This document shows positions 8,897 through 18,668 of a stretch of DNA of 64,000 nt, one piece after another. Source of the stretch: Planctomycetota bacterium (GTDB taxonomy: Bacteria; Planctomycetota; SZUA-567); NCBI GenBank assembly GCA_963667375.1, contig OY763323.1:2405980-2469979 (forward strand), given 5' to 3'. Made by a program: the position numbers and the translations under genes. Numbering within the stretch: the first letter of the stretch is position 1; every line of letters starts with the position of its first letter. A model generated the notes under the pieces. The model was not told the DNA's origin and ran no database searches. It saw nothing but the letters and a program-made list of their open reading frames with translations.

Positions 8897-9517
8897 ATGG
8901 ATAAAAATATATATAATTTACCGAATGCATTGACTATTTTTCGTTTCCCTGCCGGCTTGGCTCTTTTATGGCTGCTTATGCAGTATAATACACCGGAAGC
9001 GGGTAATGCAGGTAAGGCCTGGGTCTCAATTCTTATTGCGATCTTTGCTGTTCTGGCGTTTCTGTCAGATCTTTTTGACGGTAAACTGGCTCGTAAGCAT
9101 GGGATTGTTACCAATTTTGGCAAGATGCTTGATCCGGTTGCTGATAGTATGCTCTTTACTCTGCTGATGCTGGGGCTGGCAATGTCTCCCAGATTCGGTG
9201 TAAGTATCTGGTTTACCGTGATAATGCTCTATCGTGAGGCCGGGGTGCAGATTATGCGGCGCTATGCCGCGGTAGGCGGAGTTGTGCTGATGGCCGGCTG
9301 GGCGGGAAAGGCCAAGATGTTTGTACAATGTATCGGTATGGGAGTACTCGCTTTTCTGCTGCTGATTACAGATCTGAATATCATTGCGGTACCTGAATTT
9401 ATTCTTTCCGGATTCGCCTGGTGGGCTTCTGCGCTCTCTGCGCTTGTCGGTATGATAAGTCTGGGGCTGTATATCAAGCAGCTTCCTGAGATGATGAGGG
9501 AGCAGGCCGGGAAGTAG
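8897..9517 (+). CDS. pgsA: CDP-alcohol phosphatidyltransferase (phosphatidylglycerophosphate synthase-like)
   Basis: The motif D-x2-DG-x2-AR-x8-G-x3-D-x3-D is seen as SDLFDGKLARKHGIVTNFGKMLDPVADS. Several TM helices. Confidence 0.8.
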   Translation: MDKNIYNLPNALTIFRFPAGLALLWLLMQYNTPEAGNAGKAWVSILIAIFAVLAFLSDLFDGKLARKHGIVTNFGKMLDPVADSMLFTLLMLGLAMSPRFGVSIWFTVIMLYREAGVQIMRRYAAVGGVVLMAGWAGKAKMFVQCIGMGVLAFLLLITDLNIIAVPEFILSGFAWWASALSALVGMISLGLYIKQLPEMMREQAGK

Positions 9518-9543
9518 CCGCTAATTGTGAAAAGGTATATTTG

Positions 9544-10713
9544 ATGGCGAATACAGAGGCGCCGCTGGTAAGTCTTTGCCGACAGCAGACATATAAACTC
9601 GAAGAGGTGCGGCAGTCAATTATAACGCTGCTCGAGCCTTTTGGGGGAATAGAGAACTTTGTTAAGCGTGGTGACAATGTAATTCTTAAACCGAATCTGG
9701 TCATGTCCCGTCCTGAAAGTGCTCCTGTCTGTACCAATCCTGTAGTTTTCAAGGCGATTGCAATGTTGCTGCTCGATCTCGGTGCCAGAGTAAGAGCAGG
9801 TGACAGTCCGGGTATGGAGTCGGCGCGGCGAGTAGCCAAGAGTGCTGGACTTTTAGCGGTAGCTGAGGAATTGGGTATAGAGATTATAGAATTTACTCCC
9901 AAGGAGGTTGCAACGCCCAATGGTATTTTTAAAAAGCTGACACTGGCGAAGGAGCTGCTTGAGGCGGATGTGGTCGTTAATCTGCCGCGGCTCAAGACGC
10001 ATGGGCAGATGATGCTGACGGCGGCGACCAAGAATATGTTTGGGGCGGTGGTCGGGTCGCGTAAATTTGAATGGCATTACCGAGCCGGTAAGGATTATAA
10101 TGCTTTTGCCAGAATGATCTATGAAATTTCGGATTGTATAAAGGCTGATCTGCATATTCTTGATGCGGTAGTGGCTATGGACGGTATGGGACCTACAGCC
10201 GGTACTCCCAATCATACCGGTTTTATGGCTGCCGGTATTGATTCGATCGCAATAGATGCGACCATGATGGATATTCTCGGACGTGAGCCTCTGGATCTCT
10301 ATATGATTCAGGAAGCGACGAAGGCTGGTGATATCGCCTGGCAGGAGCGGAAGGTCGTAGGCGAGGAGGTTGCAGCGCTTCGTCCTGCAAAGTGGCATTG
10401 GCCGCGTACCGTTGATCTTGGTCTTTTTGCCGGTACGGTATTCGATAAGAATCCGGCGTTTAATCGTTTTTTCCGTAAATTCGCTACAGTATATCCCCGG
10501 GCTTCGGCAAAAAAATGCGTCAAATGCAATGCCTGTGTTCGAATCTGCCCGGCTCAGGCTATGACCATGGGTAAGGATAAGGTGGAAATCGATTATGAAA
10601 AGTGTATCCGCTGCTTCTGTTGTCATGAATTGTGCCCGCATGAAGCAATGGAGACTAAAGGTGGAACTCTGGGAAAGGTCTTGCGAACTATTCTGCCGCG
10701 GCTCGTGCGCTGA
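9544..10713 (+). CDS. DUF362-family protein with C-terminal 2x[4Fe-4S] ferredoxin domain
   Basis: Two CxxCxxCxxxCP motifs (CVKCNACVRICP and CIRCFCCHELCP). The N-terminal part, VILKPNLV...LPRLKTHG, is typical of DUF362. ATG 9544 follows the TTG at 9541. Confidence 0.75.
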   Translation: MANTEAPLVSLCRQQTYKLEEVRQSIITLLEPFGGIENFVKRGDNVILKPNLVMSRPESAPVCTNPVVFKAIAMLLLDLGARVRAGDSPGMESARRVAKSAGLLAVAEELGIEIIEFTPKEVATPNGIFKKLTLAKELLEADVVVNLPRLKTHGQMMLTAATKNMFGAVVGSRKFEWHYRAGKDYNAFARMIYEISDCIKADLHILDAVVAMDGMGPTAGTPNHTGFMAAGIDSIAIDATMMDILGREPLDLYMIQEATKAGDIAWQERKVVGEEVAALRPAKWHWPRTVDLGLFAGTVFDKNPAFNRFFRKFATVYPRASAKKCVKCNACVRICPAQAMTMGKDKVEIDYEKCIRCFCCHELCPHEAMETKGGTLGKVLRTILPRLVR

Positions 10714-10734
10714 GAAACCGTTTAAAATTAAAAA

Positions 10735-10766
10735 CCCCCGCAGATTTATTATCTGCGGGGGTTTTT
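10735..10766. terminator. Bidirectional rho-independent terminator between convergent genes
   Basis: Perfect 11-bp stem cccccgcagat / atctgcggggg with loop ttatt. Flanked by an A-run upstream and a T-run downstream. Confidence 0.9.
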
Positions 10767-10768
10767 AG

Positions 10769-11047
10769 TCAGTTATTCGCATTCTTAGAGTTTATTTCAC
10801 GTATCTTTTGCTGCATCGTCTCAATTGACTGGGCTAAAGCCTGCTGCAGCCGCATTGCATTCGCCGGAGTCATTACGATTATGTCTTTGATTACTCCCTG
10901 ATTTGACCCGCGCTGCAGATTGCCGAATTCGAGAGTGACTTCGTCGGTGGATATGTGAATATTAAAAATATCCCGGTATTTATATTCAATCTCGGGGTTT
11001 ATATGGATTTTGATGGTCTTTTCCTGATTATTCTGAACGTCATGCAT
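10769..11047 (-). CDS. DUF3467-like small protein
   Basis: The core IFNIHISTDEVTLEFGNL...VIKDIIVMTPANAMRLQQAL resembles the DUF3467 family. I prefer ATG 11047, which is preceded by AAAGGA. The ORF track starts at 11062. Confidence 0.55.
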   Translation of the reverse strand: MHDVQNNQEKTIKIHINPEIEYKYRDIFNIHISTDEVTLEFGNLQRGSNQGVIKDIIVMTPANAMRLQQALAQSIETMQQKIREINSKNANN

Positions 11048-11222
11048 AGGATTTCCTTTCATAAAATGGATTATTCTAACATTGTGGCAGTTTGCCGGTT
11101 ATCCGGCTCAAGACTGTCTAATGGTGTATATTCTCCTTGATTTTACTTCAAGCCTCTTTAATATTATAGGTTTTGAGGTATAATTTTAAAGTTTTATTTA
11201 TTCTGTGTGTGAAAGTTTGTGT

Positions 11223-12395
11223 ATGAAGATTGCTCTGGTAAATAAGCGTTTTTCACTGAGTGGCGGAGGAGCGGAACGATACGCTGTCGATCTGGCAAAT
11301 GCACTCATGGCTCAGGGGCACGAGGTGGATTGCTATGGCAATACACTGGAGGATCTAGGGACTAAGGCGGGATTGTATAAGGTAAGAATGTATCGTAAGC
11401 CCGGATGGCTGCGGATACTTTCCTTTAACCGGAACTTCAGCAAACTTATTTCCGGGCGTCTTGCTGAGTATGATATTGTTTATGCACTTACCCAGGCCTT
11501 TCCGGCAGATCTGTATTTTATGGGGGGCGGTGCGCATGAACACTGGCTTTCACTGCGTTTCCCTGATCCGTACATTAATTTTCTGAAGCGGCTAATTACG
11601 CCGGTTAATTCTGCACAGCTCTGGCTGGAGAATAAAATATACCGGCAGGAGAACTGCCGCGCGATTATTGCAAATTCCGAACTTGTCAAATGCCATGCCG
11701 AGAAGTATGGAGCAGTACCGCCAGAGCGGGTATTCGTCGTGCATAACGGTATTGATGATAAACGCTTCAATTCAGAGGTTGCCGGCAGATATCGCGAATC
11801 TACCCGGCGTGAATTCGGCATAAGCAGTGATGAATTCGTTATCTCGTATCTTTCTCATAACTGGGAGCGTAAGGGTCTCAAGACTATTCTTGAGGCGATG
11901 GCTCTGCTCAGGAATAAAGCCAATATCACAACCCGCATCCTTGTGGGCGGACGCGGGGATGCGCCCGCTTTTAGAGCTCTGGGGCTGGAGCTTGGACTAG
12001 AAGACAGTGCCATGATTTTTCTCGGTTCTTACGCGATGCCGGAGCGACTGTATGTCGCCAGTGAGGTTTCGATACTGCCTACGATGTATGATCCCTGTGC
12101 CGGGGTTACGGTTGAGGCGATGGCATGCGGGATTCCGGCGATAACAACGCCGGAAAACGGTTCACATGAACTGATACGGCATGGGATTACCGGTTATGTC
12201 CTAAGCTCGTATGCGGCGTCTGAGGAATTGTCGGAATACCTGCTCGAACTTCAGGACCGTGAGAAGCGTGAGGCGATGGGAGCTGCAGCCAGCAGAGATG
12301 TGAGTTACAGGAATTTTAAACAGGTGGTCGCGGAGACGGTGGCTGTAATGCGGCAGGTTGCAGCAGAGAAGAAAAGGCAGGAAAATAATGGCTGA
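11223..12395 (+). CDS. Glycosyltransferase family 4 (GT-B fold)
   Basis: MKIALVNKRFSLSGGGAERY N-terminus and the C-terminal E-x7-E region (VEAMACGIPAITTPENGSHELI). I prefer ATG 11223 over GTG 11205. Confidence 0.85.
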   Translation: MKIALVNKRFSLSGGGAERYAVDLANALMAQGHEVDCYGNTLEDLGTKAGLYKVRMYRKPGWLRILSFNRNFSKLISGRLAEYDIVYALTQAFPADLYFMGGGAHEHWLSLRFPDPYINFLKRLITPVNSAQLWLENKIYRQENCRAIIANSELVKCHAEKYGAVPPERVFVVHNGIDDKRFNSEVAGRYRESTRREFGISSDEFVISYLSHNWERKGLKTILEAMALLRNKANITTRILVGGRGDAPAFRALGLELGLEDSAMIFLGSYAMPERLYVASEVSILPTMYDPCAGVTVEAMACGIPAITTPENGSHELIRHGITGYVLSSYAASEELSEYLLELQDREKREAMGAAASRDVSYRNFKQVVAETVAVMRQVAAEKKRQENNG

Positions 12396-13983
12396 AATTT
12401 ATAGGTTTGAACCGGCTGCAGATTCTAGAAAGCTGACAGAGGTCTTTCGGGAACTGGGAATAAATCTAGATACCCGGTGTGCTGAAATCGGTAAATGCGG
12501 GGGCTGCAGTATTGACCTTCTCTCTGGTGAACTGGTTAATATTCATACAGGAGAGGTTGTGCGGGGCGGGAAACGGGTCTTAGCCTGTCTGCATACTTTA
12601 TCCGCGGCGGCACCGGCAGAGATTTCGGTTCCGGAGAAAAGTATTATATCCGGAAGGTCAAGCGCTGTTTCGCGATTTAAAATAACTTCTGAGCTGCTGA
12701 ACAGTTTTGGAGAGCGGGAGAGCGGGGACAGGAAATTTGGTGTGGCCATCGACATTGGCACTACGACCGTTGCCGTGATGCTGGTAAAACTTGCAGGTGC
12801 GGAAATAGCCGGGGTTGAAACCGCGTTTAACGGTCAGATCAAGTATGGAGATAATGTCCTCAGCAGAATCAAGCATTGTCAGAATGACGAGAAGATGGTG
12901 ACGATTCTGCAGCGGGAAATAATGGATGTTACAATTATGCCGCTGCTGCGGAAACTGCTGCAGGAGAATGGTCTGGAAATTAGTGATTTGGCAGAGATTG
13001 TGGTTGCCGGAAATACGACGATGCTTCATCTTTGTGCTGGAATAAATCCGCAGACTATAGGGGTAAGTCCTTTTACGCCGGTCTTCACCGGTGAAAAAAA
13101 GCTGGCGGCTGCAGAAGTATTCAGTGATATTACGGAGTCGGTATCGGTTCGTCTGCTCCCTTCTATATCGGCTTATCTCGGGGCTGATGTCTATGTCGGG
13201 GCATTAATCAGCGGGGTGCTGGAGAGTAAGGAACCGGTGGTTATTGTCGATGTCGGAACCAATGGCGAAATGATTCTGAATACCGGCTCAGGCATTGCCG
13301 GTTGTTCTACCGCGGCCGGTCCGGCATTTGAAGGCGCGGGGCTCAGCTCTGGTACCAGAGCCGCTCATGGGGCTCTGAGTCATTTGAAGATCAGTGGCGG
13401 TGTGGTTGATATTGAGATTATCGGCGGCGGTCATGAGGCTGTAGGAATCTGTGGTACCGCGTATTTTGATTTTCTGGCGGCTGGGGTGCGCGAAGGCTTG
13501 CTTGGGATGACCGGGAGATTTACCGATAAGTTCCGGCAGGTCTATACCGCGTATGTCTGCACCGGTGAGGGCGGAGGGGAATTTTATCCTCAGGGGGTGC
13601 AGAATAAAGGCGGTATAAAAATAACCGAAAGTGATATTTCCTCATTGCTGCAGGCAAAAGCGGCGGTGGCGGCAGGTCTGGAGACAATGCTTAACCGCTA
13701 TAATCTTGGAGCAGAAGATCTGAAGAAGGTCTATCTTGCCGGTGGATTCGGTATGTATCTGGACGTTGATGCGGCGCTATTGACCGGATTACTGCCGGAG
13801 GTAGAGAGGTCACAGGTGGAGTTGGTTGGCAATACCTCACTCGCCGGAGCGTATGCGGCACTCGAGAAAACCGAGATATCAGAGTATCTGGGGCGGCTGG
13901 CTCCTGATATAACGGTGGTTGAATTGAATCTGGATGAGGATTTTGAAGATACTTATATCGATAATATGCTGCTCCCATGCTGA
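12388..13983 (+). CDS. [2Fe-2S] ferredoxin domain fused to an ASKHA/DUF4445 ATPase (RACo-like corrinoid-activation family architecture)
   Basis: N-terminal Cys pattern CAEIGKCGGC...ACLH. ASKHA phosphate motifs are GVAIDIGTTTVAV, VVAGNTTMLHL and VDVGTNGEM. ATG 12388 overlaps the GT4 stop (ATGGCTGA). Confidence 0.7.
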   Translation: MAEIYRFEPAADSRKLTEVFRELGINLDTRCAEIGKCGGCSIDLLSGELVNIHTGEVVRGGKRVLACLHTLSAAAPAEISVPEKSIISGRSSAVSRFKITSELLNSFGERESGDRKFGVAIDIGTTTVAVMLVKLAGAEIAGVETAFNGQIKYGDNVLSRIKHCQNDEKMVTILQREIMDVTIMPLLRKLLQENGLEISDLAEIVVAGNTTMLHLCAGINPQTIGVSPFTPVFTGEKKLAAAEVFSDITESVSVRLLPSISAYLGADVYVGALISGVLESKEPVVIVDVGTNGEMILNTGSGIAGCSTAAGPAFEGAGLSSGTRAAHGALSHLKISGGVVDIEIIGGGHEAVGICGTAYFDFLAAGVREGLLGMTGRFTDKFRQVYTAYVCTGEGGGEFYPQGVQNKGGIKITESDISSLLQAKAAVAAGLETMLNRYNLGAEDLKKVYLAGGFGMYLDVDAALLTGLLPEVERSQVELVGNTSLAGAYAALEKTEISEYLGRLAPDITVVELNLDEDFEDTYIDNMLLPC

Positions 13984-13992
13984 AAAATTTTT

Positions 13993-14022
13993 AAGCGGGC
14001 TTGAATTCAAGTCCGCTTTTTT
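13993..14022 (+). terminator. Rho-independent terminator
   Basis: 11-bp stem aagcgggcttg / caagtccgctt with one G-U pair, loop aatt, then a T6 run. Confidence 0.75.
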
Positions 14023-14108
14023 GGTCTCGTAAAAACATTGCTAAAATTTGTGACTTGAGGTATTATTAAACCGTAATTATTAATCAACTTTTTATAAGGT
14101 GGGACGAT

Positions 14109-15947
14109 ATGGGAAATACACTTAAAAAGGAATTGTCATTTATTGGTGTTTTCAGTCTGGCCGCAGGAGCGATGATAAGCTCCGGTATCTTTATTCTTCC
14201 CGGAATAGCCTATGCCGCGGCCGGTCCGGCGGTGGTGCTGTCATATTTTCTTGCCGGTATTCTGGCGCTGACTGGAGTACTGAATGTTGTGGAACTCTCT
14301 ACCGCGATGCCGAAAGCCGGTGGGGATTATTACTATGTAAACCGGAGTATGGGGCCGATGCTCGGAACTCTTTCCGGGGTTATGAGTTGGTTTGCACTCT
14401 CGCTGAAGACTGCTTTTGCGATATTTGGTATTGCCGAATTGTTGACACTGATGCTGGGGGCTGATACAACCGTAATCGGGCTGGCAGTATGCGCTATATT
14501 TGTGATTATTAATATACTCGGGGTCAAGGAAGCGGTGCGGCTGGAGATTGTACTGGTTCTGGGGCTGCTGACACTGATGATTCTGTATTTCTTTCTCGGT
14601 ATCTCCTCGGTTGAGGTGTCACATTTTGATCCGTTTGTTCCCAAAGGTATGGGGGCGGTACTCATGACTACCGGGTTTGTCTTTGTCTCGTTTGGTGGTC
14701 TGCTCAAGATATCAAGTGTGGCGGAGGAGGTGGTAAATCCACAGCGGAATATTCCGCTGGGGATGATTGTGGCAGTGGTTGTAATAACCATTCTTTATGT
14801 CTTGCTGCTGGTGGTTACTGTTGGATTGCTGCCGGCGGAGCAGTTGCAGAATTCGCTGACTCCGGTTGCCGATGCCGCTGAGATATTCGCCGGTAAGATT
14901 GGATTCTATGCCATTTCAGTGGCGGCTATGCTGGCGTTTGTTACTACTGCCAATGCCGGAATTATGGCTGCATCACGGTATCCGATAGCCTTAAGCCGGG
15001 ATAATTTACTGCCGAAATTTTTATGTGTTATAAATAAGCGTTTTGCGACTCCGGTGCGTTCGGTGCTACTTACCGGGATCTTTATTGCTGTGTCCTTGTT
15101 TCTGCCGCTTGAGGTGCTGGTTAAAGCGGCATCAACAGTGGTGCTTACGTCATATATTCTGGCTAATGTAGCAATTATTATCCTGCGCGAGAGTAAACTC
15201 CAGAACTACCGTCCGTCATTCACCGCGCCATTCTATCCCTGGATGCAGATTCTGAGTATTATCGCTTTCGGGGTTATCATCAGTGATATGGGGCTCACAA
15301 CACTCAAGATAAGTCTGGGAATAGTTGCGGTGGCAATGCTGCTATATTTCTTTTACGGCAAGAAACGGGCAGATTTTGAATCAGCGTGGGTACATCTGAT
15401 TGCCAGAGTCGGTAATAAAAAGCTGGATTCCTATGATCTTGAAGCTGAACTGAAGGGGATTATTCACCACCGGGATGAGATTGTTTTTGATACCTTTGAC
15501 GCTGTGGTCAGCAGAGCTGCTGTTCTGGATTTTGAAGAGGAGATAGATCGGGATACACTCTTTAAAAAGGTGGCGGAAGTGCTTGAAGGGCGTATCGGAT
15601 CCAGAAGAGATAAGATCTGTGAGCTGCTGGAGGAGCGGGAAGAGTCAAGCAGTACCGCGTTCATTCCGACGGTTGCAATTCCGCATATTATCCTTGATGG
15701 TGAGAATATTTTTGAGCTGGTGCTGGTACGCAGCCGCAAAGGGATCTTCTTTACAAATTCTGCACCGAAGGTGGGCTCGATATTTGTTATCATCGGTACT
15801 CAGGATAAGCGTCAGCTGCACCTGCAGGCTCTGGCAGCTATTGCTCAGGTTATTCAGGGGAAAGACTTTGACCAGCAGTGGCAGGAGGCGAAGAATGAAA
15901 ATCTGCTCAAGGATATCCTGCTGCTCAGTGATCGTCGAAGAGCGTAG
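14109..15947 (+). CDS. APC-family amino acid permease fused to a C-terminal PTS EIIA type-2 (PtsN-like) domain
   Basis: About 430 aa with 12 predicted TM helices, and GAMISSGIFILPG typical of APC transporters. The C-terminal 150 aa or so contain STAFIPTVAIPH (His at nt 15684-15686) and IFVIIGTQD, typical of the EIIA-2 fold. AAGGTGGG SD. Confidence 0.8.
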   Translation: MGNTLKKELSFIGVFSLAAGAMISSGIFILPGIAYAAAGPAVVLSYFLAGILALTGVLNVVELSTAMPKAGGDYYYVNRSMGPMLGTLSGVMSWFALSLKTAFAIFGIAELLTLMLGADTTVIGLAVCAIFVIINILGVKEAVRLEIVLVLGLLTLMILYFFLGISSVEVSHFDPFVPKGMGAVLMTTGFVFVSFGGLLKISSVAEEVVNPQRNIPLGMIVAVVVITILYVLLLVVTVGLLPAEQLQNSLTPVADAAEIFAGKIGFYAISVAAMLAFVTTANAGIMAASRYPIALSRDNLLPKFLCVINKRFATPVRSVLLTGIFIAVSLFLPLEVLVKAASTVVLTSYILANVAIIILRESKLQNYRPSFTAPFYPWMQILSIIAFGVIISDMGLTTLKISLGIVAVAMLLYFFYGKKRADFESAWVHLIARVGNKKLDSYDLEAELKGIIHHRDEIVFDTFDAVVSRAAVLDFEEEIDRDTLFKKVAEVLEGRIGSRRDKICELLEEREESSSTAFIPTVAIPHIILDGENIFELVLVRSRKGIFFTNSAPKVGSIFVIIGTQDKRQLHLQALAAIAQVIQGKDFDQQWQEAKNENLLKDILLLSDRRRA

Positions 15948-16127
15948 TAAGTAGATTCTATTTCGGCTGTTTTTTATGCGCCAGTGATTAATATTGCTCT
16001 GTTATTGCGCAGATAGTGAGCATTTGTATTGCTTTATTACGTATCAGGGTATTTGTGACTTGAAATGACTTTATCATATCAATAGAATAGGCGAAATTTC
16101 GGTTTAAATTGATATAAGGTACAGCTT

Positions 16128-16592
16128 ATGACAAAAGATTATGGTGGCAGGATTTTAAGGCAGAGTCTGCTCTTGGGATTTCTGGCTATATTCTTTTTTC
16201 AGTCGCTGAGTGCGGAAAAACTTCTGCTTCGTTTGTCGCCAAGCGGTATGTCGGTGGTTATTTCAGAACCGGAAATAGCCGGTACGGCTCCCGCATGTGA
16301 GCAGGAAGTATGCTGTCCGCTGGCAATGGTCCTGCCGCTTGATGATTGTCAGGCTGTGGAAACACTCAAGGCTGGCGGTCCAATGCTCTGCTGTTCTGAC
16401 CTGCCTGTAGGTGGAGGTTTGCCCTTCGCCGGTAAAATTCTGCAGTCTTTTCAGGTGCCGGTAAATCTCAATCTTTACTCTGACAGAGTTTTATATAGTA
16501 GTAATGAACCTGCGGGAATTACTGCAGGCTATCTGACTTCACTCCCTCATGGCCCTCCTGGCTATGTCAAGACGACAGTTCTGCGTCTGTGA
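16128..16592 (+). CDS. Hypothetical secreted Cys-rich protein with two vicinal Cys pairs
   Basis: 154 aa. Signal-peptide-like LLLGFLAIFFFQSLSA. Cys at aa 57, 62, 63, 74, 88 and 89 (VCCPLA and MLCCSDL). No recognisable family. Confidence 0.5.
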   Translation: MTKDYGGRILRQSLLLGFLAIFFFQSLSAEKLLLRLSPSGMSVVISEPEIAGTAPACEQEVCCPLAMVLPLDDCQAVETLKAGGPMLCCSDLPVGGGLPFAGKILQSFQVPVNLNLYSDRVLYSSNEPAGITAGYLTSLPHGPPGYVKTTVLRL

Positions 16593-16714
16593 TTCTTATT
16601 AAATAGTGGTTTATTTTCGGGTAAGCAATATTTTGTGCTTATCTGTATGTCCTATTATTTAATAACAGCATCCGTGTGTTAACGGATGGATATCATAACG
16701 TGGAGATTTTTATA

Positions 16715-17443
16715 ATGAAACATCTGAAATATATCTGTGTCGTCTTGTTTGCATGCATTTCTACAACTTTATATGCCGGTAGTACTGATCTTGAAACCTT
16801 TATACAGGAAAATGGCACCAAGAGTATTTTCACCGCGGTATTGTTCTATGATAAAACGGATTCTGCGGCTTATCAGTCTATGGATTCAACTGCCAAGCAG
16901 TTTGCGAAGGATAATTCACGTCGGGTTGTACTGCGTGAGGTCGCTGCAGATTCTGCCGGGGCGGCATCACTGGTAGAGAAGTACCGTCTGCTGCGTGCTC
17001 CCATGCCGCTGCTTCTTGTTTTTGCTCCGAATGGCGCCATTACCCGCGGTTACGCGCAGAAGGTGGAACTCGCTAAACTTCAGACTTCACTGGTGGGTCC
17101 GGTAGAGCAGAAATTGATAAAGTACATGCAGCAGCGGAAACCGGTGGTTATTCGAATTCCAAGCAAAACCCCGCAGGAGAATGCCGATTTTAATACTGTA
17201 ATCACCGATTTTGAGAAGTTGCGCGGGTTTAAACCTGAGGTTCTGGAGGTAATCGCTTTGAGTAAAGATGATAAGAAACTCGAGGAAAAATACGGACTGA
17301 GCCTGTATTCTGGAAAAGCCCAGACCGTGGTGCTTACTACCGCCGGCACTGTCGCCGGTTCTTTTAGCGGGAAGGTTTCCGCCGAGGATATCTCAGAAGC
17401 GCTGAAGAATGCCGGAAGCAGCTGCTGCGCCAACAATTCGTAA
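16715..17443 (+). CDS. Hypothetical secreted/lipoprotein-like protein. It looks like two tandem thioredoxin-fold halves without CxxC, plus a C-terminal CC tail
   Basis: ATG 16715 is preceded by GGAG. N-terminus MKHLKYICVVLFACISTTLYAG. The repeated pattern is LVEKYRLL..PLLLVFAPNGAI and LEEKYGLS..QTVVLTTAGTV. It ends GSSCCANNS. Confidence 0.6.
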   Translation: MKHLKYICVVLFACISTTLYAGSTDLETFIQENGTKSIFTAVLFYDKTDSAAYQSMDSTAKQFAKDNSRRVVLREVAADSAGAASLVEKYRLLRAPMPLLLVFAPNGAITRGYAQKVELAKLQTSLVGPVEQKLIKYMQQRKPVVIRIPSKTPQENADFNTVITDFEKLRGFKPEVLEVIALSKDDKKLEEKYGLSLYSGKAQTVVLTTAGTVAGSFSGKVSAEDISEALKNAGSSCCANNS

Positions 17444-17463
17444 GTGAAAGGAGAATTCGCATA

Positions 17464-18663
17464 ATGAATTTACTTACTATTGTCTGGCGTGAACTCTGGG
17501 AGCGGAAGAATCAGCTGGCAACCAGCTTTCTTGCTGTCTCTCTCGGTGCGGCGGCGATTGTTGCCGTGTATAATATCGCCTATTATACCGAGCTCAAGGT
17601 AAACAAAGATATGAAATCGCTCGGCGCTAATGTTCTGATCCTGCCGAAAAATTCTACGGTGTCGGACTATTATGCCGTCGATATTCAGGGGGCGACAATG
17701 GCTGATTCAATTGTTGATGTTATTACTGCCGCAGGGCTGAAGGGTTTGGATAATATGTCACCAAAGCTCACCTGGAAGACCGACGTTGGTGGTATGAGTA
17801 TGCCGATAACCGGAATCCTTCCGAAGAATGAGATCGAGGCGAAAGAGATCTGGACCGGGGTCAAGGCTTTTAACCCTCTGATAAAAATCGATGAGATGAA
17901 TCTTACCGAAGCTGAGACACTTGCACGCCGGAGATACGTTCATGAGTTAGGCCGTGATCAGGTATTTCTAGGTGCTGATGCTGCAAAAAAACTGGATAAG
18001 AGCAAGGGAGATACTGTTACAATCGGTAATAGGGCGTTTACTGTGGTCTCTATTCTGCCGTCTACCGGTACTGTTGATGACGGCAGAATCTTTGCACATC
18101 TTGATACGGTGCAGGAACTAAGCGGTAAAGGCAGAGTGGTCAGTGTCCTGGAGCTTATGGCCTGCTGCAGTGACCTTCAGCAGGATCTGTTACCGAAACT
18201 TGCCAGATTGCTGCCTGATCAGGAGATTGTTACTATTAATCAGGTCATTGAAACTCAGGTAAAGGCTGGAAAGTTGATGCATAATCTGTCAATACTCTTT
18301 CTGGCGCTGATGGTACTTGTCGGCGGGGCTTCAATAGCAACGTATATGTATGCCAATGTCCGCGACCGGCGTCGGGAGATAGGTACGATGATGGCTTTAG
18401 GGGCTCAGAGCTCGGTATTGCAGCAGATTTTCTTGCTTAAAGCCGGAGTACTTGGTGCGGCCGGCGGTGTACTGGGTTATCTGATTGGTACGGTTTTGGC
18501 GGTATTTTTAGGACCTGTACTGGCTGAGGTGCCGGTTATGCCGCGTCCGGAACTGCTGCTGCTGGCGTTAGGTGTCTGTATTGTGCTGTCGTTGCTGTCA
18601 AGCTATCTGCCGGCACGTCGGGCTGCAGGACTTGACCCGTTCATGACTCTCAGGGAGGGATAA
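17464..18663 (+). CDS. ABC transporter permease, FtsX/MacB (type VII) family
   Basis: 399 aa. TM1 is followed by a periplasmic loop of about 240 aa, then three C-terminal TM helices. This is typical FtsX-like topology. AAAGGAG SD. The CC pair in MACCSDL is at nt 18163-18168. Confidence 0.85.
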   Translation: MNLLTIVWRELWERKNQLATSFLAVSLGAAAIVAVYNIAYYTELKVNKDMKSLGANVLILPKNSTVSDYYAVDIQGATMADSIVDVITAAGLKGLDNMSPKLTWKTDVGGMSMPITGILPKNEIEAKEIWTGVKAFNPLIKIDEMNLTEAETLARRRYVHELGRDQVFLGADAAKKLDKSKGDTVTIGNRAFTVVSILPSTGTVDDGRIFAHLDTVQELSGKGRVVSVLELMACCSDLQQDLLPKLARLLPDQEIVTINQVIETQVKAGKLMHNLSILFLALMVLVGGASIATYMYANVRDRRREIGTMMALGAQSSVLQQIFLLKAGVLGAAGGVLGYLIGTVLAVFLGPVLAEVPVMPRPELLLLALGVCIVLSLLSSYLPARRAAGLDPFMTLREG

Positions 18664-18668
18664 TATAT

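Noticed and set aside
9474-10641. Long minus-strand ORFs (185 aa and 262 aa) inside the DUF362/Fe-S gene
   Set aside because: They are antisense to a gene with strong motif support (two CxxCxxCxxxCP motifs). Their products are low-complexity Ser/Arg-rich sequences typical of shadow frames.
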